NCBI GenBank assembly: GCA_030704615.1
Contig: CM060731.1
Span: 88,164,001-88,228,000, forward strand
Reading direction: 5' to 3'
From: Takakia lepidozioides
Lineage: Eukaryota; Plantae; Bryophyta
DNA: 64,000 bases
The notes under the pieces were generated by a model. The model made no database searches. It was not told where the DNA came from and saw only the letters and a program-made list of their open reading frames with translations. Shown piece after piece: positions 26,220-38,585 of the stretch. The position numbers were made by a program, and so were the translations under genes. The first letter of the stretch is position 1, and the number at the start of each line of letters is the position of its first letter.

Positions 26220-27020
26220 GAAATGGGGCACCGCATTTCCAAAATTTTGGCAACTCTAAGAACCTCTTTTGGAAATGCGGCACCGCATTTCCAAAACAGG
26301 GGAGGGACTAAATTTTCCATTTCAATATTGGCATAGTAAAAAGTAATCGGCCGATTGGAAATGCGGTGCCGCATTTCCAAAATTTCCTTTGTCCACACGC
26401 CAGTTTTGGCCTCTCCCGCTCATTGCATGGATGCCACCACGCTTACAGAGGTCGAACAAGGAGGTCGAACAAGGAGGTCGAGATGGCGGAATGGAAATGC
26501 GGTGCTGCATTTCCATATTGGGGATGGTCGTTGTTCGAACTGCAGGCCCATCAGCAAAAATTGGCACCGCATTCCATTGTAAAAAAAAAGTCGATGACGG
26601 ACATGGAAATGCGGCGCCGCATTTCCAGAACGGACATCGCAATTTGTCCATTTGCAGACCCTCTCACGGAAATGCGGTAACGCATTCCATCGCGCTGGTC
26701 GGAAATGTCACACTTTTTGAAGTGTTGGACGGAAATGCGGCACCGCATTCCCTTGTCCAAAAAGAAGTTTCCATTGCCAAGCTGGAAATGCGTCGCCGCA
26801 TTTGCAATGCCAACCTCGTTGTCTGTCCAATTTATAGACCCGTGTTGGTATTTCGTGTACCTGGACGGAAATGATGCACCGCATTTCATTGTCCGACACT
26901 GAAATGCGGTTCATACATTTCCATGTCGGCATGGAAATTCGGCACCGCATTTCCTTGTCCGACATGGAAATGCGGTGCCGCATTTCCTTGTCCCACATTG
27001 AAATGTGGTGCCGCATTTCA
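26220..27020. repeat. Second palindrome array (same core, irregular spacing, last units 33 bp apart)
   Basis: Repeated GAAATGCGG-YR-CCGCATTTC; centres at 26877, 26910, 26943, 26976 and 27009. Confidence 0.9.
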
Positions 27021-27276
27021 ATGTCCAACATGGCGTTACTCTGGTATATTCTTGACACATGACTCTCATACCGGTTACTCTGCTATATTCATCCGGACAG
27101 ACACATTGTAGAAATGAGACATCAAATTGTAAACAGTGGGCCAATTCCGACAGTTATTCAACAGAATGAAACACAATCATACAGAAGTGAGGTACGATGG
27201 GTTTATTGATCGGACACAATGTCTCACATTTACCAACTGCAGACAAAACTAAGCCCTTCCTCCTTCTACATGGGCT

Positions 27277-27855
27277 TCACCAAGTCGACGGAACTTCGAT
27301 ACCCCTCAAAACAAGCTCATCACTGCTGCGGCACCTCAAGGTAAACTGCAATTCGGTCGTTCTGCTGCCCTTGCTGGAGCCGACGACAATGTCATGTCCA
27401 TCAATGATACCACCATCATACATTGACAAGGTCACTGTGGGCCTCATGTGCCCGTGCGATTCGTCTTCGCAACTCAGCCGAATGTCTCCATACACTGGAA
27501 GAGCGGAGTGATCTGCACGTATATAGTTTTCCCCGGTGCCGTCCTCCCTGGTCCACTGGCAGCAGTTCCAGCGCCAAAGCGAGGCCGTGCGTGATCTGTC
27601 CGGCATCCCTTTCCAGCTTGGTATATCGAGGTCAACAATTTTCAGGACCCACGGACCGCATTGACCCTCGCCCTCACCTCGCTCAAAGCGGTAATAGCCC
27701 TCCAGATACTCCATTGCGCGCAAAGACTCTTGCTTGATTCCAGCAGCGTCTGTGAAAACAGAGAGCTAGACAATGATGTCTCCTGATTCTGGTTTGAACA
27801 TAGCATAATCGTGGCCATGATAAGGGCAGTCGGCTGGATTTCAGCGGCACGGCAT
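27277..27855 (-). pseudogene. ORF X, unknown function, two premature stops
   Basis: Homologous to the intact 53779-54357; CGA>TGA and TGG>TAG changes. Confidence 0.7.
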
Positions 27856-28403
27856 CCTTGAAAAAGAGTAGCGGAGTACGCTCAATGACAGCAGCTCCCG
27901 GATGGAGGAGGAGCAGCGCGGTGGCTGGAAAAAGTTCAAGCTAACGCTGCAATTCCTCACAAACACTCCAGGGCACATTTAAATTCCCCCCCTACAGGAT
28001 CCTGGACCGATGAAGATTGGCTGCTTCATGAATGTAGCCGTTTCAGTTTCCTACCCTGCCATGCAAACTATGGGCACTCACTGCCAGGTGGGCCGATAGC
28101 CACTGGACACGACGAAGTCCATCCCCTCTTCGATGTAAATGCGGCGCCATCCGGGGGGATGGACTTCGGTGGCAGATCTCAAACTAGAACTTGTTGATGA
28201 GAAAGATGTATGGGTTCATCCACCGCCGGCGTGACGAACACGTTCCACCTCCGTCGGTGGGTACGTGGGACCCAGATGCTCCATTATTGGAGGCCGGACT
28301 GCTCTTCCGCTTTGCATCATTTCCAAAATCTAAGGGCTTCGTAGCTGTCCGCAAGGTCATTGTCATCTGCATCCAAGTCGTCCTCAGGTCCTCCTTTGCA
28401 AGG

Positions 28404-28967
28404 ATGCCGTGCTTCCGGAACCGGGACGACTGCCCATTTGGAGGCATCGATTATGCAATGTATTCGGCCACATCGGGAGACATTGTTATCTGGTACACAG
28501 ATTACACAGAAGATACTGGTTTGATTGTGGAAACATTGGTGGCTTTTGAGTATATCCTAGGCCACTACGCCTTCGAGCGGGGTGACGATCTTGGTCTGAG
28601 GAGTCCGTGGCTCCTGGGCATCCTCGATTCCGATTTTCCCAGCTACGACGGTCACCCATGCAGAAGAAGGCGCACTGCTATGCTGTTGCGGTGGAACTGC
28701 TGCCACTGGACGTGGGTGGACTCCATCGGAGAGACCTATTCTCCTGAAGGAGTGCGCTCCTCTTCTCCATTGTATGGGGACATTCGCATTGGTGTGGACG
28801 ACGAAAACGTGAAGATTTCCATATTCGATGGTGGTATGATTGAAGGGCAGGACATTGTGGTGAACATCACTAGGGGCGGTACAACGGCTGCAATCGACTT
28901 TACATGGAGGAGCCCCATGACTCATGAGCTAGTTCTGAGAGCAGTCGAAGTCCCATTGACAACGTGA
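28404..28967 (+). CDS. ORF Y, unknown function (~187 aa from MPCFRN), paralogue of ORF X
   Basis: Open here and at 59955-60518; shares DCP..DYAM..SGDI..RWNCC.WT..YGDIR..DGGMI.G.DIVV..ELVLRA.EVP with ORF X. Confidence 0.7.
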   Translation: MPCFRNRDDCPFGGIDYAMYSATSGDIVIWYTDYTEDTGLIVETLVAFEYILGHYAFERGDDLGLRSPWLLGILDSDFPSYDGHPCRRRRTAMLLRWNCCHWTWVDSIGETYSPEGVRSSSPLYGDIRIGVDDENVKISIFDGGMIEGQDIVVNITRGGTTAAIDFTWRSPMTHELVLRAVEVPLTT

Positions 28968-29799
28968 CTTGTATTCAGTAGGCACAGGGCTAAAGATTTG
29001 ATTGCACAATCAGCACAGTAGACGTGCTTCAAATGCAATTCATGTGGATCAATAAAAACCTCATTGTGCCCTCTTTTTATTCTATTCTGTGTCCATCGTT
29101 CCCAGAATGCATCATTTTGCTCATTTCGTTTGGGATTGGGAGTGTGGGTGGATTTTGCAAGTGGCTGGTAGGCTGAAATGGGCCCCCATTGTACAGAGCA
29201 GTACCACCCTACCATTCGCGAAACATTGCCTTTCAATATATAATTCTAAATAACATTGCCGAACCTCCTTCATCGGGAGGTCCTTCTCCCCCTATGACCG
29301 TGGCACCCTAAACCCTATTCCCGCGGACACTCATTTCCGGAAAATAGTGCTGCTCATGTTTTTTTCCACACTTACGACTCTGCTCATGGCTCATGAAATA
29401 GCAGCCCCCATGTAGGTGATGGTTCCTGTGGCTTCTCTGACTGCTAGATCCACAATAGACATAACGAAACACCCTGTCCATCTCCCCTCTCTGGTCAATT
29501 CCTCCGTTTTCTTCCTCTTTCCTTCTTTCCACACCACTACATCGCCTGCTTGTGGAACATATGGCTCCATCGCTGCTTGTTGAACAGTTGCGGGCGGCCG
29601 TGCTGTTATATGCGGAAAGTAGTCCGGCCAACAACCCACGGTCCATATTTTGAATTCAAAATTCTACTGTCATGTATTCTGAATCGCTTAACGGAATCCC
29701 AGTGGCATATGTTGTCACTGCAAGGAGTAAGACAGTTGACCTACAACCATGGATGTTAGTGCTGAACATCTGAATGACTACTGCTCGCCCGTTTTGGCG

Positions 29800-31074
29800 T
29801 CCAAATACGTTCATTGTGCACGACGCAAATGCCAAAATCACGACATAGCCGTCGCAAGGTGGCATGAAGGGGAAAATGGAGCCCCCGCTGCGACGCCCAG
29901 CCGTCGCAAGATGCGTCGCCATGGGGGCTTGTGACGGCTTTTTTTGGCATGCGACGCCAGGGCGTCGAAATAACCCAAATATATATATATTTTGGGCGTT
30001 GCGACGCAGGGGCGCCCCCTGCGATGCCAGGGCGTCACAACGGCGTCACCACAGTGAGGGTTTTTTTTTTTTTTTTGTAGCCATCATTCCACAGGGAATC
30101 ATAGGTTATTTGGAGCTTGAAATCCGGTCCTCTTGGATGAATCTGAACCCACACTTTATCCCTGCTCCTTCACCTATCCAGGCCTCTGCACAAATCATGC
30201 ACATATCCTTGCCTTGCTGCTAGCAGCTGACAATGACAGCCTAGAATTGTTCCAACAAACACCCCAATCCTATTGACTTGAAGGTCGCTGTAGTGTGGCG
30301 CCCCGCGCTGGGACGCCCAACGATGCAATGCCAGGGGGTCGCAATGGCGTCGCCACAGGGGGTTGCAACAGTGTGTTAGCTTAGGTCATCACGAGGACGT
30401 CGCTTGGGGCGCCTGGCGTTGGGGCTGCAACAATGGCGATGACGTTGGGACTAGGCACTAAGGCTGTGGAGGTTGCACCTCCCCAATGTCACAAGAGGGA
30501 CCCCCTTAGAAGAAACTTGAAGGAATCTTGGTCTATATATATATATTTAGATTGTATTTGCGATATATAAATGTATCGTAGGTGCGTTGGTTAGTCTGTA
30601 GTGTCTTAGAAATGTTATAACGTGGAGGTCCTAGGTTCAAGTATGCATTGCCTAACATATGTAAAACAATGAACATATCGCCATTGGACATAACTGGAGT
30701 CAATGGTCAACGCCGGAGTCAATGGTCAACAAATTTTTGAAATTCAAAATTCAAATTCAAAATTTCCCACCTAAATTCAAATCTACCCCCCTATACTGCG
30801 ACGTCTGGGCATCACACTTTGCGACCCCCGGACGTCGCTAACTCGGCGTTGCAGAGTAGGATTTTTTATTTATTTTATTTTATTTTATTTTATTTTTTGC
30901 GTCGCCCGGGCGTCGCAAGTCGCGCTGGCGTCGCATGTTGCTCTGGCGTGGCGCTGCGACCCCCATTCGTCGCATTTATGCGAAGTTAAAATAGTGATCC
31001 CCTGGGGACGGTCCTGCCACGCCCAGACGTCGCAAAATGGGCCTCCCCCCCCCCCCCCCTTTTTCCCTCTAGTG
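29800..31074. mobile_element. Non-coding CACTA-like remnant (3' end)
   Basis: GCGACG/CGTCGC subterminal repeats; ends TTTTCCCTCTAGTG (reverse complement CACTAGAGGGAAAA) at 31074. Left boundary uncertain. Confidence 0.65.
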
Positions 31075-31659
31075 TTGGCCAAACACCCAAGAAATGACTA
31101 TGTGCGAGTGGAATCCGGGGGGCTGCTATTTCATGAGCCATGAGCCATGAGCGGCATGAGCCATGAGCAGACTCGTAACTGCCGAAAAAATCATGAGCAG
31201 TAATTTTTTTCAGAAATGATTGTCCACAGGAATAGGGTACTTATCCGTGGTCATAGGATCCGCGAAAGCAATTGCGGCACCTTATTTCCACCGGGTACGT
31301 ACAGTCCGATGAGAAAAGCGGCGCATGGTTTCCATGGTACAGATGGAAACTGAAAACGGCTCCATTCATAGAGCCGCCAATCTTCATCCGTGCAAGTCCC
31401 TGTAAGGGGGGAAATCAAATATCTTGTGGAGTGTAAGCAATGAAGGGCAGCGTCTGCAAACTCATTCTCATCTCCATACACAGTCTCCTGAGTGCTGAAA
31501 TACTGTTCCTGCAGCATCGTCCGCGATCCCTTTGCAAGGATGCCGTGCCGCTGAAATCCAATGGACCCCATTCATAAGCAGAATTTGGCACCGCATTCCA
31601 ATCCACGGTTACAAATGCCAACCGGTTTCTGTTTGGCAGTACGGTAATTATCTGGTTTC

Positions 31660-33293
31660 CCTTGGAGCGAAGGCCCATTGAGTTGATGCAAGTCCACATC
31701 TTCTTCAGAACTGGGACACCACTCTTACGGGTCCACTTGGCAATTCCCGCCTCTGTGTTTTTGCCTTTGCTGGCAAGGACCACCACACAATCTTTGTCAT
31801 CCAATACCATGCGGGCTAGCCCGAACCCTTTCTTCCAAAAGTCCTCAGAAATACTTGCTCCAAGAGGGCACAATATCCAGTCCTTCCAGAGGCTCTCCAT
31901 CTGGAATATCCAAAGATGATCAAATCACATGACCAGTCGGTCCGTTTTCCACGCCTCATGCAATTCTTCCCTTCACTTGTCATTACAAAGAAATCCATCA
32001 TGGCTACAAATCCTGGAGTGTCTACAGGCTCTTCTGCAGTCGCCTTCCTTAGATCTTTGGCTTTCAGGCCTTCCATTTGCTTGATGTGTGCTAACTTGGC
32101 GGCCGGCCGACCATCCAATGCCCTCAAAAAACTCTCATTCGCACACTGAATCATTGTTTTTGGCTCCAACTTCGGCCTGCCCTTCATTTCCACTAGCTCG
32201 CACGGGTGCCCCCCCCGGGAGGTTGAAGAGTGTCTTCTTTGCTGAGCCAGTTTTCACAGCTTTCATAGTAAGAGGGGTTAGAGGGGATTTTGGCTGGCAA
32301 CCGAACACCACATCATCCTTCAGCATTTTTTTGAATTCCGTGTTGCGAGTGTGGCAGTGGGGACCCTAGGCTGCTAACTCTTCTGCTATCGGGCATGCGA
32401 TCCACCTTCCTCATTCTCAATGTAAACATAGAAGGCGGCAGACCCCACCCAATAGCCTTCTTGGAATGCGAACTTCATCTTATCCACATCCCTTGCAAGA
32501 GCAAGCCTCACTATCAGGAGGGAGACCATTCGACAGAGTGGAATTTGCAGTGTGCAAGGGAAGACCTTGGTCCTAAGAACTCTGCCAATGCTGCTGTGAG
32601 TCTCCTCCAACATTTGATTCTCTGCACTCTGAAAATCCTCCTGAGACATTTTTGGGGGTGGGGGAAGGGGATGTTCAGATGGACCACCCAGAGCCGTGCC
32701 TATATTCTTGGGAATGTAGCCGGGCAGATAATGTGGGAGAATGTAGTCGTCCATACCTCCCCTATTGTCACGAAAGTCCTATTCCACGTAGGAGAAGTCG
32801 AGCTCCCCATGTTAAGAAACAACACCTTCATCCGCTGAAAGATCGACCAGGACATGAGTGCTAGAGATCTTCGTCGGACCACCCAGAGCCGTGCCTATAT
32901 TCTTGGGAATGTAGCCGGGCAGATAATGTGGGAGAATGTAGTCGTCCATACCTCCCCTATTGTCACGAAAGTCCTATTCCACGTAGGAGAAGTCGAGCTC
33001 CCCATGTTAAGAAACAACACCTTCATCCGCTGAAAGATCGACCAAGACATGAGTGCTAGAGATCTTCGTCGGAGCAACTGCCTGAGCTTCTGCAGAGTTG
33101 CCCCCGGTTTCCTTCTGAAACTCTTGCAAGAACTGAGCTTCAACTCGTGGAGGGGTTTTGCTGGAGACTGCTCTGCCCTTGCTTTCGCCCCCTTCTGCTT
33201 CTTACTCTTTGCAAGGGAAGGGGACTCCTCCGTTCTCGTCCGATTCTCCACCGCCCCCGTCTACTTCTTGCTCTTCGTAGGGGAAGGGGACTG
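31660..33293 (-). pseudogene. Family-B ParB-MTase gene fragments (ParB N-part and catalytic-motif region)
   Basis: MLEETHSSIGRVL..IPLCRMVSL..AAFYV; WSCDLII-DIPDG (frameshifted); SEDFWKKGFGLARMVLDD. Confidence 0.78.
32681..33070. repeat. Near-perfect 195-bp tandem duplication
   Basis: 32681-32875 is repeated at 32876-33070. Confidence 0.92.
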
Positions 33294-33699
33294 ATCCGAT
33301 GGGTAGCGTAACTACGATGTAAGCCCAGCCCCGTGAGCCTGGGAGCTGAGCTCACGCTTCAGGGAAGTGTGAGCGGCACAAATGTGCTGGAGAAGCAGGC
33401 CCTATAGGCGAGGATTGCACGAAGAGTGCCTATTACCGTGGACAAACGTGCACAAAACAAAGGGGCCACCATGCACCATGTCTGCACAAAAAGAGGAATA
33501 TGAACATATGGCAGATTTGAGCTCAAAATGATTGTCACACTTTATTTCAATTCACAGATAAACACATGTTTGTGCCCCCCTGGTTCCGCGAATGAAATGT
33601 ATGTGGTTGTCCTACATGCAAAGACTCCACACAATAAGCTGGAAACCAGCACAGGAAGTGGGCATGGCTCGTTTTTGTTCACATAGAATCTGGCGGAGC

Positions 33700-35830
33700 C
33701 CCACGGCAGGTGTCCCGCTGCAGAAGAGTGATGACCTCTCCATAGCCTAGTGTGGCTTGGTGAATGAATTGGTCTCTCTTACTGTCGCAGCACATAATTA
33801 TAAGGTATATGTAATATTGATGCTTGCAGGGGACCTACTTCCCTGCCATGCCGAGAGCGCCCTCACGCATCGTTACAAAATCCGGACAGGTGCACGAAGG
33901 GAAATTCCCCACGGTAACCTGATATTCTTTGCCATGAAGAACTGAGCCAATAGACAACACTGTGTAAATCCGTCCATACCCCGGGGGCGGGACTTCGGTG
34001 ATACGTGTCACCCAAGCCTGCAAAATTCTAGCCGATTCCATCTTGTAGTCGTGATCTGCACCCGAAGCGACACGGCGAACTGTTTTTCCATCTCTTTTTG
34101 TTGGGTGGGATTCGGCACCGGGTGGAGGCATTGCCAGATCATGTGGCACATTTGTGCCTAGAGTGCATGAGGGCACCACCCCAAACCATGCAAGGCGGAA
34201 CCCTTCCTCCTCCAGCATGTTTATCTCGGTTGATGACAGCGACGTCCCAAGTTTCACAGGCCAAATTGCGGGCGGAGGGGGCTTCATTATCACCGATGGA
34301 TGAACTGTTCCCTTGACGCATTGTGCCATATTGTTTGGACAGAACCAGAACTTCCAGTCCTTTGACTCCCCACTATGATAAGGTCGGAACAACCCTGTGA
34401 ATGTTGGAGCTGGAGTCCCCCTGAAGCCTTTGCATATTTTTGATTTGCATTTCTTGAAGAGGGGGTCCGAATTGCCATGCAAGCCACTCTAGATCCTGGT
34501 GGGGTGCGTTCTATATGCCACTCAGTGTTAATGCAATCAGATTCTTGCACCAAGGACACCACCTCCTCCGATGGGATTCCTGCTGCTGTGCTTGCATGAT
34601 TTGCACCTGCTCCACTGGAAGAGGATCCACCTGGGAAGGGGCGGGCACATGACTTAGTCTGCACCAGAGACACCTTAGGTACAGAGAAATTGACCCTGTC
34701 CAGGCGATAGGAATCTCCCTCCGACCCTGGAGGAGTGTTCAATTTCCTTTTGCATGATCCAAATGTTTCCTCGCCTTCCAAATGGGGGACCCTGGATTGC
34801 AAATGGGAGCCTTCAGTGCACCTGTTCAGAGCTCTCGCCATCTTTGATGGGTCTCCGGACCTGCTCGTAGCCCTTAGCATCAACAAAGTCATATCAAGGC
34901 ACTTGCCTCCGCCCCGTACCATCAGAAAATTGCGGTATCTGGTTTGTTGTATACCATGTCATCGGCAGTGGCAACATACAAGTCAAGTCCTGCTTTGGTA
35001 GACTGCTGCATCCAGGCGTTGTGAACAGTCTCCGCCAAATTACAGGAAGGCATGTCGGCCAAGTCCTCCAAGGACATGTCCTGCAGAAGGCATTGAACGC
35101 AAATGTGAGGAACAAAAGGAAATGGAGAAGGTTCTGCAAGTGACAATCCAACAAGCCCAAAGGAATAGGCATGATGCAAAGTGAAATTTGTGTTTTTGGG
35201 ATTGAAAAGGCATACCGTCATCACAAAAGCTCCCCACTGTCTGTACCTGAAGTGCCAGAAAACCAACCAGTCCTCCAACTCCTTCAGCTGGATCCCACTA
35301 GTAGCACCAAAGGAGAACCACCAAGCCCGGTTTGCTTGGTAAGTGCTCTCAGCTTCTCCCATTGAGGTGGCATTTTTGTACTCCAGGCAGAGCCTTCTGT
35401 GCTCCAACCAAAGGTCAGGTCGAATGCAACACTTTGTATGACGTGCCAGAGATTGACTCCAATGGAAGAGGCATGTGCGCTCCCTATTGAACCGTGTCCG
35501 TCATGTTTCTTGTCCATGCCCTGCAGAAGCCCAGCTAGTCCACTGGAAGACGTGGGAGGGTGGAGCTCAAATGTCCCCGTCAAACTCTGTTGCTCCATAT
35601 TGCACCCTCTGCACCCGAAGGGACTCCCAATCAACAAAATGCAGCTCGCTCTTGCACCCAGGCACCCCTGCGAGGGCTTTCAATTTCGGAATTACACTCG
35701 TTATCTCCTGTAATTTGTCATCATCCAAGAATGGAGTGTGGACAGGCAAAGGAATCTTAGAAACATCCTCCGAGGATGAGTCTGAAAGAGTCACAAATGT
35801 AGTGGATATGCTCACCTCGTGTTTCACATG
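33700..35830 (-). pseudogene. Family-C transposase, central D..D region deleted
   Basis: MDKKHDGH; WHFRYRQWG; intron at the same position as in A; SCNLAETVHNAW (E); SWIM YQVTVGNFPSCTCPDF..PCKH. Confidence 0.8.
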
Positions 35831-35889
35831 AACTGTGCCTTTCTGATGCACGACCGATGCTGCAGTGCCAGGGGTAACTACTGATCCTG

Positions 35890-38585
35890 CCAACCAATGG
35901 TTTTGGCAACGCACACTATTTGTGCCCCCTTTTCTGGTTGTGTTTTGATGTGTAAATGTGCCACAATAGGCCAGTTTGCCAAGTTCAAAACACCCATACT
36001 TGGAAGCACCAACAGTGTGCGGCAACGCACACTGTTTGGGCCCCCCTTTCCGATTGTTTTTTTACTTCAAAATAGGCCACAAAGGGCCAATATGCCATGC
36101 TCAAGATACCCCTAATTGGAAGCCCCAAACAGTGTGCTTCAAAGCACACTCTTTGAGGCCCCCTCTGTGCCTATTTTCTGATTTCAAAATGGGCCATGTT
36201 TGATGTCTAAATGTGCCACACAGGGCCAATGTGCCAAGTTCAAAACACCCATAGTTGGAAGCACCAAACCGCACACTATTTGGGCCCCCCCTTCCGGTTG
36301 TTTTCTGACTTCAAAATGGGCCACAAAAGGCCAGTATGCCAAGCTCAAAATACCCCAAATTGGAAGCACCAAACAGTGTGCGGCAACGCGCACTGTTTGG
36401 GCCCCCCTTTCTGGTTGTTTTTTGACATCAAAATGGGCCACAAATGGCCAGTATGCCATGCACAAAATACCCCTAATTGGAGGCCCCAAACAGTGTGCTT
36501 CAAAGCAAAATGTTTGTGGCCCCTCTGTGCCTGTTTTTTTATTTCAAAATGGGCCATATTTGATGTCCAAATGTGCCACACAGGGCCAGTGTGCCAAGTT
36601 CAAAACACCCGAAGTTGGAAGCACCAAACAGTGTGCGGCAACGCATATTGTTTGGGCCCCACTTTCCAGTTCTTTTTTTACTTCAAAATGGGCCACAAAG
36701 GGCCGGTATGCCACGCTCAAAATACCCCTAATTGGAAGCCCCAAACAGTGTGCTTCAAAGCACACTGTTTCAGACCCCTCCGTGCCTATTTTTTTTATTT
36801 CAAAAGGGGCCATGTTTGATGTCTAAATGTGCCACACACGGCCAGTGTGCCAAGTTCAAAACACCCATAGTTGGAAGCACCAAACAAGGTGCGGCAACGC
36901 ACACTTTTGGGGCCCCCCTTTCCAGTTGTTTTTCTACTTCAAAATGGGCCGAAAAAGGCCAGTATGCCCTGCTCAAAATACCCCTAGTTGGAAGCACCAA
37001 ACAGTGTGCGGCAATGCACACTGTTTGGGCCCCCCCTTTGGGTTCTTTTTTTACTTCAAAATGGGCCACAAAGGGCCAGTATGCCATGCTCAAAATACCC
37101 CTAATTAGGGGCCCCAAACAGTGTGCTTCAAAGCACACTATTTGAGGCCCCCTCCATGCCTGTTTTTTGATTTCAAAATGGGCCATGTTTGATGACTAAA
37201 TGTGCAACATAGGGTCAGTGTGCCAAGTTCAAAACACCCGTAGTTGGAAGCACCATACAGTGTACGGCAACGCACACTATTTGGGCCCCACTTTCCGGTT
37301 CTTTTTTTTCTATAAAATGGGCCACAATGGGCCGGTATGCCACGCTCAAAATACCCCTCATGGGAAGCCCCAAACAGTGTGCTTCAAAGCACACTGTTTG
37401 AGGCCCCCTCCGTGCCTATTTTTTGATTTCAAAATGGGCCATGTTTGATGTTTAAATGTGCCACACAGGGCCAGTGTGCCAGGTTCAAAACACCCGTAGT
37501 TGGAAGCACCAAACAGTGTGCGGCAACGCACACTGTTTGGGCCCCACTTTCCGGTTCTTTTTTTACTTCAAAATGGGCCGCAAACGGCCGGTATGCCACG
37601 CTCAAAATACCCCTAATTGGAAGCCCCAAACAGTGTGCTTCAAAGCACACTGTTTGAGGCCCCCTCCGTGCCTATTTTTTGACTTCAAAATGGGCCATGT
37701 TTGATGTCTAAATGTGGCACACAGGGCCAGTGTGCCAAGTTCAAAACACCCATAGTTGGAAGCACCAAACAAGGCGCGACAACGCACACTATTTGGGCCC
37801 CCCTTTCCAGTTGTTTTTCTACTTCAAAATGGGCCACCAAAGGCCAGTATGCCCTGCTCAAAATACCGCTAATTGGAAGCACCAAACAGTGTGGGGCAAC
37901 GCACACTGTTTGGGCCCCCCTTTCCGGTTCTTTTTTTATCTCAAAATGGGCCACAAAGGGCGAGTATGCATGCTTAAAATACCCCTTCTTGGAGGCCCCA
38001 AACAGTGTGCTTCAAAGCACACTGTTTGTGGCCCCTCTGAGCCTGTTTTCTGATTTCAAAATGGGCCATATTTTATGTCTAAATGTGCAACACAGGGCCA
38101 GTGTGCCAAATTCAAAACACCATAGTTGGAAGCACCAAACAGTGCGCGGCAACGCACACCGTTTGCCCCCCCCCCTTCCGGTTCTTTTTTTACTTCAAAA
38201 TGGGCCACAAAACGCCAGTATGCCATGCTCAAAATACCCCTAATTGGAGGCCCCAAACAGTGTGCTTCAAAGCACACTGTTTGAGGCGCCCTCCGTGCCT
38301 GTTTTTTGATTTCAAAATGGGCCATGTGTGATGTCTAAATGTGCCACACGGGGCAGTGTGCCAAGTTCAAAACACCCGTAGTTGGAAGCACCAAACAGTG
38401 TGCGGCAACGCACACTGTTTGGGCCCCCCTTCCCGGTTGTTTTTTGACTTCAAAACGGGCCACAAAGGGCTAGTATGCCATTCTCAAAATACCCCTAATT
38501 GGAAGCCCCAAACAGTGTGCGGCAACGCACACTGTTTGGGCCCCCATTTCCGGTTGTTTTTTTTATTTCAAAATGGGCCACAAAG
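35890..38585. repeat. Family-C central array: 117/139-bp units, each carrying a 14-bp-stem palindrome
   Basis: CCAAACAGTGTGCG-GCAA-CGCACACTGTTTGG alternates with CAAACAGTGTGCTT-CA-AAGCACACTGTTTG; starts at 37509, 37626, 37765 and 37882. Confidence 0.93.

Larger units (their letters stand above)
14897..29409. mobile_element. Family-A Mutator-like element, copy 2, both ends present (14.5 kb)
   Basis: 9-bp TSD ATGTAGGTG at 14888-14896 and 29410-29418; termini GATGTTTACTATGTCATGAGC and GCTCATGAAATAGCAGCCCCC. Confidence 0.93.

Noticed and set aside
30585-30645. tRNA/SINE-like A- and B-box sequence (TGGTTAG...GGTTCAAGT)
   Set aside because: No convincing cloverleaf, tail or TSD could be formed by eye.
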